Source: an uncultured delta proteobacterium | GTDB taxonomy: Bacteria; Desulfobacterota; BSN033; UBA1163 | Direction: 5' to 3' | DNA length: 64,000 nt | NCBI GenBank assembly: GCA_963708295.1 | Contig: CAVPSJ010000015.1 | Coordinates: 224,001 to 288,000 of the forward strand | Part shown: piece after piece, positions 53,589 through 64,000 of the stretch | How the letters are laid out: each line of letters starts with the position of its first letter | Position numbering within the stretch: the stretch's first letter is position 1 | Notes under the pieces: model-generated | Databases searched by the model: none | The model's input: the letters and a program-made list of their open reading frames with translations, nothing else | Told to the model about the DNA's origin: nothing | Made by a program: the position numbers and the translations under genes

Positions 53589-55997
53589 ATGAAGGTCAGT
53601 CTGAATTGGCTCAAGGATTACGTTGAGATCCGGATGGACTCCAAAGATCTCACCCACCTCCTCACCATGGCAGGTCTGGAGGTCGAAGGAGCTATTTCCA
53701 CAGGGGAAGGGCTGGAGAAAGTGGTCGTGGCGGAGATCCTGTCGGTTCGGAGACATCCCAATGCAGACCGACTTTCCCTGGTCGAGGCGAAGACCCATCA
53801 GGAGTCGTTTTCGATCGCTTGCGGGGCAACGAACATCAAGGAAGGCCAGAAAGTTCCCCTGGCCCTGGTGGGAGCCCGGCTCCCGAACGGGATTGAAATC
53901 AAGAGATCAAAGATCCGGGGGGTCCTCTCCGAAGGGATGCTTTGCTCGGAGATTGAGCTTGGTCTGGGCCAGGAAGCCTCCGGAATCATGATCCTGGCCC
54001 CCGAGCTTCCTCTGGGATCGGGGGTGGGAGAGGCCCTGGGTTTGAAGGATACCATTCTCGACATCAGCATCACACCCAACCGTCCGGACTGGCTCTGTGT
54101 GATCGGGGTGGCGCGAGAGATTGCTGCGCTCACCGGGCAAAAAATGAAGTATCCCTCCCTTTCTCTTGCCGACCGGGGAGAAGAGATCCATCGGAAAACC
54201 TCTGTCACGATTCTGGACCAGGACCTATGCCCCCGTTATGTCGCGAGGATGATCGAAGGAGTGAAGATCGGTCCTTCTCCCCGTTGGATGAGCAATCGAT
54301 TGGAAAAAGTAGGCATCCGGTCCATCAATAACGTGGTCGACGTGACCAATTATATCATGATGGAATACGGGCAACCGCTCCATGCGTTCGATTTTGAATT
54401 CCTGGAAGAAGGTCGGATCGTCGTTCGGAGGGCAAAGGGCGGCGAGGAATTCGTCACCCTGGATGGAGTGAAGAGGACCCTGGATGGGGAAATGCTCATG
54501 ATCTGCGACGGCGTCAAACCGGTAGCCATCGCCGGCGTCATGGGCGGCCTCAATTCAGAGATCAAGGATGATACCACGACGGTCCTGCTGGAAAGCGCCT
54601 ATTTCGACCCCACGGGGAATCGGAGGACCTCAAAAAAGCTCGGTCTGGAGACGGAAGCGGCCTATCGGTTCGGAAGAGGGATCGACTACGGGGGATGCCT
54701 CTCCGCGGCGGACCGGGCCGCCCAATTGATTCAAGAATGGGCGGGAGGAAGGGTCGTGGAGGGAGCCGTGGATGTCTACCCGGCGCCGATCCGGCCCAAG
54801 CCGATCCGTTTACGGGGAGAAAGAATTCGCCAGGTTTTGGGAACGGAGGTCTCCGCCAAAGAAGCAAGGAATTACCTGGAAAATCTGGAATTGGAAGTCC
54901 AGGAGGAGAAAGAAGGCGTCCTCCTCGTCGTGCCGGCTTCCTTCCGGGGGGATTTGGAGAGAGAGATCGATCTGATCGAAGAAGTGGCACGCCTGAACGG
55001 ATACGATCGAATTCCGATCACCCTTCCGACCGGGTCTCCCTCGTCGGAGAAGAGAAGCAAAGAGTTTCTTACGGAGAGGAGGGCGATCGATCTTCTCAAC
55101 GCCCATGGATACAATGAGGTGATCAATTACAGCTTTACTTCTCCAGCCTTCGCAGACCGGATTGGACTCCCTCCGGATGATCCGAGGCGACAGCCTCTCC
55201 GGATCCTCAACCCTTTGGCGGAGGATGTCTCCGTCATGAGAACCACACTCATTCCCGGCCTGATGGAGACCGTCCAATACAACCTCTCCCGTAAGAATTC
55301 GAACCTCAAGCTCTTTGAATTGAAAAAAGTCTTCCTTCCTCAGGAAGGAGGGAGACTGCCCAGGGAAGTCAAGCTTTTGGCGGGCGTGGCGTTGGGGTTT
55401 GACAGAGGTCCCCATTGGGCTTCTCCGCAGAGGCCGGTGGATTTTTACGATATCAAAGGCTGCGTGGAAGACCTTTTGGACACCCTGCAGATCAAGGACG
55501 CGAAGTTTGTTAAAGCAGAGGATGTCCCCTATCTCCATCCGGGAAAAGCATCGAAGGTGGTCCTGGATCAGGAGGTCTTGGGGGTTTTAGGAGAAATTCA
55601 TCCGGAGGTGTCGGGCCGTTATGAAGTTCGGGGAAAGGGTTATCTCTTTGAAATGGACTTCAGTAAAATGGTGAAAGAAGCAGGGGAAGAAAGGCGGTTT
55701 CAGGCTCTGCCCAAATTCCCGGCGGTTGAAAGGGATCTTTCCGTGGTCGTCGATCAAGCCATGGAAGCAGAAAGAGTGATGGAAGCCATCCGGACGTTCC
55801 GGCAACCTCACGTCGAAGAGGTCACCCTTTTCGACGTGTATGAAGAACCGCCGATCCCGGAGGGGAAAAAGGGAATTTCTTATCGAATCCGGTACCAGGC
55901 CAAAGATCGGACGTTGACGGATGAAGAAGTGAATCAATACCACGAGAAGATCCTCTCCAGATTAAAGGAGGTCTTTCAGCTCGATTTGAGGCAATAA
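53589..55997 (+). CDS. pheT: Phenylalanyl-tRNA synthetase beta subunit
   Basis: HPNADRL; ITPNRPD; NNVVDVTNY; DLIEEVAR; RTLTDEEV. Confidence 0.97.
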   Translation: MKVSLNWLKDYVEIRMDSKDLTHLLTMAGLEVEGAISTGEGLEKVVVAEILSVRRHPNADRLSLVEAKTHQESFSIACGATNIKEGQKVPLALVGARLPNGIEIKRSKIRGVLSEGMLCSEIELGLGQEASGIMILAPELPLGSGVGEALGLKDTILDISITPNRPDWLCVIGVAREIAALTGQKMKYPSLSLADRGEEIHRKTSVTILDQDLCPRYVARMIEGVKIGPSPRWMSNRLEKVGIRSINNVVDVTNYIMMEYGQPLHAFDFEFLEEGRIVVRRAKGGEEFVTLDGVKRTLDGEMLMICDGVKPVAIAGVMGGLNSEIKDDTTTVLLESAYFDPTGNRRTSKKLGLETEAAYRFGRGIDYGGCLSAADRAAQLIQEWAGGRVVEGAVDVYPAPIRPKPIRLRGERIRQVLGTEVSAKEARNYLENLELEVQEEKEGVLLVVPASFRGDLEREIDLIEEVARLNGYDRIPITLPTGSPSSEKRSKEFLTERRAIDLLNAHGYNEVINYSFTSPAFADRIGLPPDDPRRQPLRILNPLAEDVSVMRTTLIPGLMETVQYNLSRKNSNLKLFELKKVFLPQEGGRLPREVKLLAGVALGFDRGPHWASPQRPVDFYDIKGCVEDLLDTLQIKDAKFVKAEDVPYLHPGKASKVVLDQEVLGVLGEIHPEVSGRYEVRGKGYLFEMDFSKMVKEAGEERRFQALPKFPAVERDLSVVVDQAMEAERVMEAIRTFRQPHVEEVTLFDVYEEPPIPEGKKGISYRIRYQAKDRTLTDEEVNQYHEKILSRLKEVFQLDLRQ

Positions 55998-56119
55998 TAA
56001 AAAGAAGTTTTGAGTTTTAAGTTTTGAGTTAAATTCAAAATTCATAATTCAAAATTTAACCTTTTGAGGGGGAAGTGTCCGTCATGGAAGATTCCCGAAA
56101 AGAAAGGAGGATGTCGGCG

Positions 56120-56404
56120 ATGACGAAGGTGGATATCGTTGAGGGGATTTATGAGAAGGTGGGGTTTTCGAAGAAAGAGGTGGCTAAAATCGTCGAGTAT
56201 ATTTTTGATATCATCAAAGATACCTTGATCAAGGAAGATAAGATCAAGATTTCCGGGTTTGGAAATTTTGTCGTCCGGAAAAAGAGGTCGAGACGGGGCC
56301 GAAACCCACAGACCGGGAGCGACATCGAGATCACCGCAAGAAGGATCTTGACGTTTAAACCCAGTCAGGTCTTAAAGGGAGGCCTCAACCGTAAGGAGTC
56401 CTGA
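56120..56404 (+). CDS. ihfA: Integration host factor alpha subunit
   Basis: MTKVDIV; ISGFGNF; RGRNPQTG; position after pheT. Confidence 0.93.
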   Translation: MTKVDIVEGIYEKVGFSKKEVAKIVEYIFDIIKDTLIKEDKIKISGFGNFVVRKKRSRRGRNPQTGSDIEITARRILTFKPSQVLKGGLNRKES

Positions 56405-56471
56405 TTTTTTCAGTTCTTCTTGAAGCCTGTTTTTCCGTTTGATGAACGACAGGGGCGGTGAAAGAAGAAAG

Positions 56472-56867
56472 ATGGCCGGGCTACTCAAAAAACATGAGGT
56501 GGAGGACTCCATTTCCCATGAAAGGCTTTATTATCGGATAGGAGAGGTGAGCCGCCTGACGGGTCTCAAACCCCATGTGCTTCGTTATTGGGAGTCGGAG
56601 TTCAGAGTGATCAGGCCCCACAAGGGCGGGTCCTCACAACGGCTCTACCGGAGGAAAGACCTGGACCTCATCCTGAAGATCAAGAAACTCCTGTATGAGG
56701 ACGGGTTCACCATCGCCGGAGCAAAAAAGAAGATCCGAGACCTCGAGCGATTTGAAAATAAGCAGATGAAATTGAAACCCATTGAGAAAGGATCTGACGA
56801 AAACGCTCATGAGTTTCTGGTCGCTGTTCAGGAGGAACTGAAGGGGATCAGAGACATGCTGGAATAG
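56472..56867 (+). CDS. MerR-family transcriptional regulator
   Basis: YYRIGEVS; HVLRYWESEF; FTIAGAKK; conserved ihfA-merR-tRNA-Pro order. Confidence 0.92.
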   Translation: MAGLLKKHEVEDSISHERLYYRIGEVSRLTGLKPHVLRYWESEFRVIRPHKGGSSQRLYRRKDLDLILKIKKLLYEDGFTIAGAKKKIRDLERFENKQMKLKPIEKGSDENAHEFLVAVQEELKGIRDMLE

Positions 56868-57047
56868 CTCCTTTGCCCGAGAAGGGACTGGACTTTTGGA
56901 AGGAAATTGAATATAGTAATTAAAGGTTGGAGTAATGGAGTATGGAGTAATGGAATAAAAATGACAGGTAAGACTTATAAAGCATAATTCTTCTTGTGGG
57001 AATCAAAACCCCAGCCCTCCAATACTCCATCATTCCACGGTTTTTAT

Positions 57048-57124
<77 letters not shown>

Positions 57125-57173
57125 TTTCCCTCCATTTCACCCGCGGTTACAGTACCGATATTCTGCCGACCTT

Positions 57174-57660
57174 TCAGACATTCCACTGGATGCCCTCTCT
57201 GGGCTCGGCTTTTTCTTTGACGCTGGCCAACCCTCTATCCGCCACTCCCCTGCCGGCCGTCTGATCCGCCATGCGGAAGACCACGAGAATCATTTCCAAG
57301 AAGACCCTGCTGAAAACCGCTGTTAGACAGAAACACCACAGGACCCCAATCAGAAGCGCAGAAAGTCCAAGCCGGAGGGAGGTTTCAAACCCGCGCGAGG
57401 ATGAAGAAAAGGGCCACCAGACCCGCGCAAAGAATCGACAGGATGTAAAGAAACTTTATCATTTTTACGGGAACAGACCGACGGAATGAAAAATCAAAAA
57501 GGGGATGGAGAAAATCAAACTGATGCGAGGGGGACACATCCTCCAAGCCCCTCAGGCGGGAGAGCCTGTCTTCTATCGGGTTGTTCGCCAACGATTCCCC
57601 ACAGTTGGCGCAGAGATTTGCTCCGTTCTTGTTCGAAGCGCCGCAGTTTGTGCAAAACAT
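57174..57660 (-). CDS. Zinc-ribbon + DUF4282-like membrane protein, frameshifted
   Basis: MFCTNCG...CANCG; LFDFSF...IKFLYIL; SRVFLEMILVVFRM in the shifted frame. Confidence 0.65.
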
Positions 57661-57687
57661 AGGTGTCTCCTTGAGTATTCCGTAAGC

Positions 57688-58893
57688 TTAACTTACGGGC
57701 TTAATCCCTTTGATCTTCCAGTGGCCGTCTTCTCTCTTCAGGGTAACGTCCAGAACGGTTCTTCCGTTATGGGGTTTCCCGCCCACTTTCTCGGAGGTCG
57801 TGATCACCCACTCCAATCTGACGTCGGCCGTATCCCCTGATATCGTCTGTTTCTTCAAAGCATAAGAAAGGTCATGGTAGTTAAAAGTTTCCCACATTTT
57901 GAGAGTATCCTTCCGTTTTCCTTCTGCCCCTTTAAAATCGCGAGAGTAGCAGGACATGAAGAGATCGATGTTCTTCTGAAGGTTTGCGCGTCTGATATTT
58001 TCAAAGACAGACTCTATTTTCTCGACTTCTATGTTCTCCGTTCCGGCCTGTGGATCGGGCGGAGAAGACAGTGGGGAAGGAGAAGACGTGACTTCTATTG
58101 AAACGGGTTTGGCGGAAGGGGGATACTGCGTCCAGAACAAATACCCACCTGCAATGATCAAAAAAAGGATGACCCCTCCTGTCGTCAAGGTGAGCGGCCG
58201 GAGAAGGCCCCCTGCGAACTCGGAGGAATCGACATTTCCCCCGGCCGGACCCGGCAAGAGAGAAAGGAGGTGACGAAATTTTCTTAAGTTTCCCTGGATG
58301 GATTTCATTTCCTTTTTTAGTTCTTTCCTCTCTCTCAGGAAGTCGGACTTTGTCACGGCGCTTTCCTTATAAAGCGATTGAAATTCCTCGAGCCGTTTCT
58401 GAACGGGTTTCAACTGATCCTCCAGCAGATCGATTTCTCCCGTTGCCCTTTTTCGAATCGATTCAAGCTCTTTTTCGATTTCCTGATGCAGGGGTGACAA
58501 AGACTCCAGCCGATTCCTATAGCGAGCGATTAACGGATGGATTACATCCGTGGAGATGTTGTTTCCCTGTGTCTCCAGCTTGCTCATGCAGGATTCTAAC
58601 TCTCTTTCTTCTTCCAACAGGTTCAGCCACTCCTTCACCCATCTCTTGACCGATTTTTTTTCTAAAGGAGGGACATCCGCTTTTTCGGATGGAGCTCGCA
58701 TCAACAGGGAGCCGCATTTCCTGCAATACTTTCCGCTTTTGTGGGAGGCTTGACATCTTGGGCAAGTGAGACTGACCGCTGCTTTCTCTTTTGCGGCCGC
58801 AGGGTCATCTACGGCTAGAAGGAACTTCCCGCATTTCTTACAAAATTCCTCCGAGGGACCATGTTCGATGTTACATTGAGGGCAAATAACCAT
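57688..58893 (-). CDS. Double zinc-ribbon, coiled-coil, single-TM protein with a C-terminal NTF2/SnoaL-like domain
   Basis: Four CxxC pairs; coiled coil; TM; FMSCYSRDF...LKREDGHWKI. Confidence 0.7.
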   Translation of the reverse strand: MVICPQCNIEHGPSEEFCKKCGKFLLAVDDPAAAKEKAAVSLTCPRCQASHKSGKYCRKCGSLLMRAPSEKADVPPLEKKSVKRWVKEWLNLLEEERELESCMSKLETQGNNISTDVIHPLIARYRNRLESLSPLHQEIEKELESIRKRATGEIDLLEDQLKPVQKRLEEFQSLYKESAVTKSDFLRERKELKKEMKSIQGNLRKFRHLLSLLPGPAGGNVDSSEFAGGLLRPLTLTTGGVILFLIIAGGYLFWTQYPPSAKPVSIEVTSSPSPLSSPPDPQAGTENIEVEKIESVFENIRRANLQKNIDLFMSCYSRDFKGAEGKRKDTLKMWETFNYHDLSYALKKQTISGDTADVRLEWVITTSEKVGGKPHNGRTVLDVTLKREDGHWKIKGIKPVS

Positions 58894-59361
58894 TTTCAGT
58901 CTCCTGAAATCTTGGACCCATTCGACGGCTCCGAAGGGCTCACCATCCCGAGTGAAGTAAAGAGATAGGCCGGGGGCGTCGAATGGGTTGATTTCCTGAA
59001 CCATTAAGGGGAGTTATAATGCATTTTATGTGCCACAAAGAAAACAAATTTTTTTCCTCAGATTTCAATATCTTTTGGCACCACTGAAAAAAGGAATGGA
59101 TCAAAATCGAAGGGTATGGACAAAAATTGTCCATCTGACCGCTCTCCCTGCCGGGCCTGTTTCCAAGCCCATGACAAACGCTCCCTCACCCCTATCCCTC
59201 TTCCAAGAACGGTGTCGTAACCGTGATGGGTGGAAGATTCCGGCGGAACGGAAACGGGCTCCTCGTCTTTATGACACCGCCTTCCAAAGGAAGAGCAAAG
59301 GAAGAGGGAGGCTGAGGGGTCTCTGGACTTCGTGCAAAATTTGAGCTAAAACTGCAGGGTT

Positions 59362-60526
59362 ATGAAAAAAAGATTTACCGTTCGATCGATCGAAAGAATC
59401 TTTAAGCAGCCATTTTCTATTGCCACTCATGCCCATTTATTATGGAAGGGGAGAGATTCTTTTCAGATCATATTCGATGCGGTCGGGCGTGCAGAGAAAT
59501 TGATCTGTCTTCAATTTTATATATTCAAGAATGATGAAACCGGAATCGCCTTATCCAGATTTGCTGAAAAAGAAAAGCCGGGAGGGCGTGAAGGTTTATG
59601 TTTTGCATGACCATTTTGGATCCTTCGGAACGCCGCGAAGCTTTTGGAAGGAAATGAGGGCGGCGGGTATTCAGATCAGGGCCTCCCATCCCTTTCGGTG
59701 GACTGCCCCTTTTCGTTATGTTCATCGGGATCACAGAAAGCTCATCGTCATCGATTCGAAGAAGGCCTTTACCGGCGGGCTCAATATTGCAAATGAATAT
59801 AGCGGGTTTCACATCCGGAAGCGAAGCAGGGGGTGGCGCGACACGGGGATACTCGTGGGAGGTCCCATCGTGAGCGAACTTTTGGATACGTTCAAAAAAA
59901 GCTGGACCACCTGGGGAGGAGAAGAGATTCTTTTTGAGGGCGAACGAGAGGAGATGCGGGGCAACCTCCCGGAGGAAGGGATTCCTGCGCTTCCCATTTT
60001 CGTCTATTCCGGGAAGGGCAGAAGAAGAATGAGGAACCTTTTCCGCTACAGCATCGACCATGCACAGACCAGTATTCTCTTGACCACAGCTTATTTCATT
60101 CCGAGCCGCAGGCTGATTGAACGACTTGAGCGATCGGTGAGGCGCGGGGTTAAGGTGAGACTCCTCGTGCCGGGCAAGAGCGATGTTCCCGCCGCCTCCT
60201 ATGCGGGAAGAGCCTTTTTTTCGAGACTCTTAAAGGCCGGGGTCGAAATCTATACCTACCTGGGAGAGATGCTTCACGCGAAAACCTATCTGTTTGACCA
60301 GGGCTGGAGCATCATCGGGTCTACGAACCTCGATTACCAGTCTCTTCGGTATAACGACGAGGGAAACGTTGGAATTCTGGATCGACCGTTTGGTTCGCAG
60401 ATGGCAGAGGTCTTTGAGGAGGATCTAAAAAAATCTGCCAAAATCAATGAAGAGGCCTGGCGCCGGAGGCCGTTTTTGGAAAAGGTCAAGGAACACTTCT
60501 TTGCCCTTTTTAGAAAAAGGCTTTAG
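59362..60526 (+). CDS. Cardiolipin synthase (ClsB-like PLD family); frameshift near 59555
   Basis: Two HKD motifs: HRKLIVID and HAKTYLFD; GSTNLD. Confidence 0.9.
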
Positions 60527-62132
60527 CTTTGTTTTCACTTTACCGCCACGCGTCTGACGCAGCTTGAACCTCTGAATCTTTCCCGTCGTGCTCTTCGGCA
60601 GCTCCGGGAGGAACTCGATCCACCGGGGATACTTGTACTTTGCCATTCGCTCGAGAACCCAGTTTTTTAGTTCCTGGGCCATTTCTTCAGAAGGTGCATA
60701 GCCGTCGCGCAGGACCACAAAGGCCTTCGGTTTGACGAGGTCCTTTTCATCTTTGTGTCCTACGACCGCGACTTCCCGGACGGCGGGATGGAGGTCCAGA
60801 CAGTTTTCTACCTCCAGGGGTGAGACCCAGATTCCACCCACCTTCAACATGTCGTCGCTCCGGCCTGTACACCAATAATAACCGTCTTGATCGACGTAAT
60901 ACTTGTCACCCGCGTTAATCCATTCCCCCTGCATGGTGAGCCGTGTTTTTTCCCTCCTGCGCCAGTACTGCTGGGCTGCACTGTCCCCTTTGACGTGCAG
61001 GGTACCAATCTCCCCCTCTGGCACTTCCATTCCCTCGTCGTCTACGAGCTTCAGTTGATATCCCGGGACAGGCTTGCCGGTTGAGCCCGGCCGGATATCA
61101 TCCATTCTGTTCGACAAGAAGATATGGAGCATTTCCGTCGAGCCGATACCGTCGATGATGTCTACCCCGAAACGCTGCTTCCATCGGTAGTAGATGTCGG
61201 TGGGCAGCGCCTCTCCGGCGGAAACGCAGATTCGTACGGAGGAAAACTCGTGGTTCGTGTTCGGGTCCGGCTTCGTGCCCGTCTGTCTGTCCTGCTTCGC
61301 CTTGACTTCGAGCATCTGCCCGTAGAGGGTCGGTATGCCGAAGAAAACCGTCGGACGAAATCGTTCCAGATGTCGGAAAACATTCTCAGGGGTCGGCGCG
61401 TCGGGATTGAGCACGGCCGATGCGCCTACCGACATGGGCAGATACATGCCGTTGCCGAGACCGTAAGCAAAGAAGAGCCTTGCCGCCGAAAAACAGATGT
61501 CGTCCTCCGTGAGACGAAGAATGCCTCGTCCAAAGGCCTCGGAGGTCACCACCATGTCATACTGGGAGTGAATCGCCCCCTTCGGGGAACCGGTAGACCC
61601 TGAGCTGTAAAGCCAGAAGCAGGCGTCATCCTTGGTCGTAAACTCCGTCTTGATCGTCGCCGGAGCATGCCGGTACTTCTGCCGGAATGGGATCCGCGCC
61701 CCCTCTTTTTCCGAGATGACGATCAGGTCCCTGAGGTAGAGCAGATCTCCCTTGATTTGTGAGACCACCGGCATGAGCTGTTCCGAGACAACGAGCACCC
61801 GTGCTCGGCTGTCGTTGAGGTAGTACTCATAATCCTCCGGGGTCAGCATCGTATTCAACGGAATCGGCACGGCGCCGATTTTTACGGCCCCCCAGAAGAT
61901 CGCGTAAAACTGGGGGACGTCGAGCATCAGCATAATGACCCGGTCGTCCACCTGTACGCCGAGTTCGCGCAGGCCGTTGGCTGTTTTGTTCACCATCTTC
62001 TGTATGTCGTTGTAGGTGTAATTGCGGTATTCCGAATAGACCGCTACTTTGTGGCCTCTTCCCTGCCGGATATTTCTGTCTACAAAGTAGTCTCGCCGCA
62101 TTAAAAAACTCTTGGGATTCTCCGTGAATCAT
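60425..62132 (-). CDS. Benzoate-CoA ligase family protein (both ends uncertain because of indels)
   Basis: FWLYSSGSTGSPKG; FFAYGLGN; DGIGSTEMLHIFLSN; GKIQRFKLR. Confidence 0.88.
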
Positions 62133-62404
62133 TCGTTACCTGCCTCTCTCATGCCGTCCTCCTCATGATCCCTTCTCCTCCGTTTTTGTCTAAAACATCT
62201 AACCACTCATTTTGACGTATTTAATATAGTATAGCTGTAGCAGCGTTCTAATTTCAAGAAGAGGGTTCAATGGAGGAATCAACGGAGGAGTAGTTCATGG
62301 GTAAGATGGCGGCCTGAACAGCCGGGAGGATGGGCGCGCGGCGCAGGGGTTTGGAGTGGTGGCCGTTCCTTCGGGACCCCCTTTGCCGCATCCGGTCTTT
62401 TTGT

Positions 62405-62433
62405 TTGACATGCGACTGACTTCTTTTTATATT
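62405..62433 (+). promoter_or_regulatory. Sigma70 promoter
   Basis: TTGACA-17 bp-TATATT. Confidence 0.55.
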
Positions 62434-62523
62434 CAACTCATTTGCAGGCTGATGGACATGGAATAAGAAAGGATTGGAATGGCGTCAAAACAAACTGTCC
62501 TATTTCGTGAGAGGAGAGAGAAA

Positions 62524-63636
62524 ATGAAAAAGAGTCCGCCTCAGGGGATGGATCGCCGGACATTTCTCAAGGCCAGCGGTGCGATCGGCTTAGGAACGGT
62601 GGCAACTTTTGGCCCCGGCGGGGACATTTCAGCACCGCCGGGCTCGCCGGTGGCCGGCAAGAGCACCGGGGAAATGATCGATATGTTCCCCCACATTCTG
62701 CCCGCGAAATATAATAAGGCTTTACTAAAGAAGGCCAAGCCCTGTTATTACCTCGAAGCAAACCGGGTCCGGCCGGCACTGGCCAATCTTGAGGAGAGAT
62801 TTAAGTTTATGGACAAGGTCGAGGGGCTTCGTGAAGTATTAACCCTTGGCTCGCCACCCCCGGAATATGCGCTTTCTCCGAGGGATGCCGTCGACCTGGT
62901 TCGAATGGCGAACGATGAGATGGCGGAGTTAGTCGACAAGTACCCGGACCGTTTTCCTGCTGCCGTGGCTTCGCTTCCTATGAATGACCTGGATGCCTCG
63001 CTCCGTGAAATAGACCGGGCTGTTCATGATCTCAAATTCAAGGGGGTCCAAATCTTCACCTCTATCAACGGAAAAGCGCTGGATCGTCCCGAGTTCTTTG
63101 CGATTTATGAGAAGATGGCCCAGTATGATCTTCCGATCTGGCTCCACCCCTGCAGAGATCAGGACGTTCCGGACTATCCTGGCGAAAAGGCGGCAAAGTA
63201 CGGCCTGTTTCTTTTTTTTGGGTGGCCTTACGAGACCACCCTGGCATTAGGGCGTCTCGTTTTCAGCGGTGTGATGGAAAAATATTCCAATCTGAGATGG
63301 ATCGCCCATCACTGCGGCGCAATGATTCCATTCCTGACCGCGCGGATCGCTCCTCAGCCACTGCAGGATGGAGAAATCATGAAACTCGCCAAGCCCCCGA
63401 TCGAGTACTTTAAGAGGATTTATGCCGATACTGTTTTGGGCGGGAATACGGCGTCCATGATGTGCGGCTACGCCTTCTTCGGCGCCGATCATATGCTTTT
63501 CGGGACAGACTACCCCTATCCGGGGGACGCCGCGCACGAAGCCATCATTGAAGCCATTGGGCGAATGAATATCACGGGGCAAGAGAAAGCCAACATTTTT
63601 TCTAAAAACGCAAAGCAGTTATTGAAACTGGCCTGA
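62524..63636 (+). CDS. Amidohydrolase_2 family protein (ACMSD/LigW-like) with a twin-arginine-like leader
   Basis: DRRTFLK; IDMFPH; PIWLHP; HHCG; LFGTDYP. Confidence 0.85.
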   Translation: MKKSPPQGMDRRTFLKASGAIGLGTVATFGPGGDISAPPGSPVAGKSTGEMIDMFPHILPAKYNKALLKKAKPCYYLEANRVRPALANLEERFKFMDKVEGLREVLTLGSPPPEYALSPRDAVDLVRMANDEMAELVDKYPDRFPAAVASLPMNDLDASLREIDRAVHDLKFKGVQIFTSINGKALDRPEFFAIYEKMAQYDLPIWLHPCRDQDVPDYPGEKAAKYGLFLFFGWPYETTLALGRLVFSGVMEKYSNLRWIAHHCGAMIPFLTARIAPQPLQDGEIMKLAKPPIEYFKRIYADTVLGGNTASMMCGYAFFGADHMLFGTDYPYPGDAAHEAIIEAIGRMNITGQEKANIFSKNAKQLLKLA

Positions 63637-64000
63637 TTAAGAAATTGAACGTGTATCGGACGAGTTGAATGCTCCACCCACTTCTCTTCCGTCCAAGGTA
63701 GGTATGTGAATCAACGATTCCCGCGAGAAATGTGTATAAGTAAAAGAAGCAGGCGAGAGTGGGCTACGGTCAACAACCCACTCCCTTTAGTCCAATTCTC
63801 ATCAGAGAGTTGGTCTTTGGAGGCCCACTTCGGAAGCCTACTTCGGCAATTCAAATGTTCTGGTGTCTCCGTCTATCTTTGCCTTGCGTCTGGCGACATG
63901 GGTTTGACGGCTATCGATAGCCGCACGCCCACCCGCGCCTTAATTGGGTTCACAAGGAAAGTTTCCTTATTCGTCGATCATCATGCGGTCGTGAGCACCC

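Noticed and set aside
46145-55538. Long antisense ORFs opposite clpB, thrS, pheS and pheT
   Set aside because: Shadow ORFs caused by codon bias; no motifs or RBS
60425-60526. Real 100-bp convergent overlap of the CoA ligase and cardiolipin synthase genes
   Set aside because: Ligase homology ends at GKIQRFKLR; the extension is probably an indel or lost-stop artefact

Overview
Genomic window from a probable Desulfobacterota/deltaproteobacterial genome (inferred from gene content). It contains many single-base indels, including in the essential genes thrS and rpmI, so most frameshifts are probably long-read assembly errors. 1-28 kb: end of an exosortase/PEP-CTERM-type exopolysaccharide or glycan-modification cluster. 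It holds a Wzx flippase, about seven GNAT/FemAB-like genes, a DegT aminotransferase, GT4, an O-glycosylation ligase, a methyltransferase, a deacetylase, an ATP-grasp enzyme, a CAAX protease, a GT-C transferase, a BKACE enzyme, an aldo-keto reductase and a QueC-like PP-loop protein, interrupted by vapBC and an IS3 element. 28.5-39.6 kb: four PEP-CTERM genes, a C1 peptidase, a PrsT-like TPR lipoprotein and a degenerate histidine kinase. Five sigma54 promoters here share an upstream box, four of them at 93-94 bp spacing. 40-57 kb: mostly housekeeping (tsaD, rsmA, clpB, tRNA-Val, thrS-infC-rpmI-rplT-pheS-pheT-ihfA-merR, tRNA-Pro), with an accessory patch containing a GEMM-I riboswitch (A20, cGAMP type), a receiver-FN3 fusion and a GC-rich glycoside hydrolase. 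57-64 kb: zinc-ribbon membrane proteins, cardiolipin synthase, benzoate-CoA ligase and a Tat-type amidohydrolase. Intergenic DNA is rich in MITE/REP-like elements and periodic 6-9-mer inverted arrays. Best candidates for new biology: the sigma54 regulon with its pseudokinase, the BKACE-GNAT glycan-acylation module, the riboswitch-controlled REC-FN3 operon and the periodic arrays.
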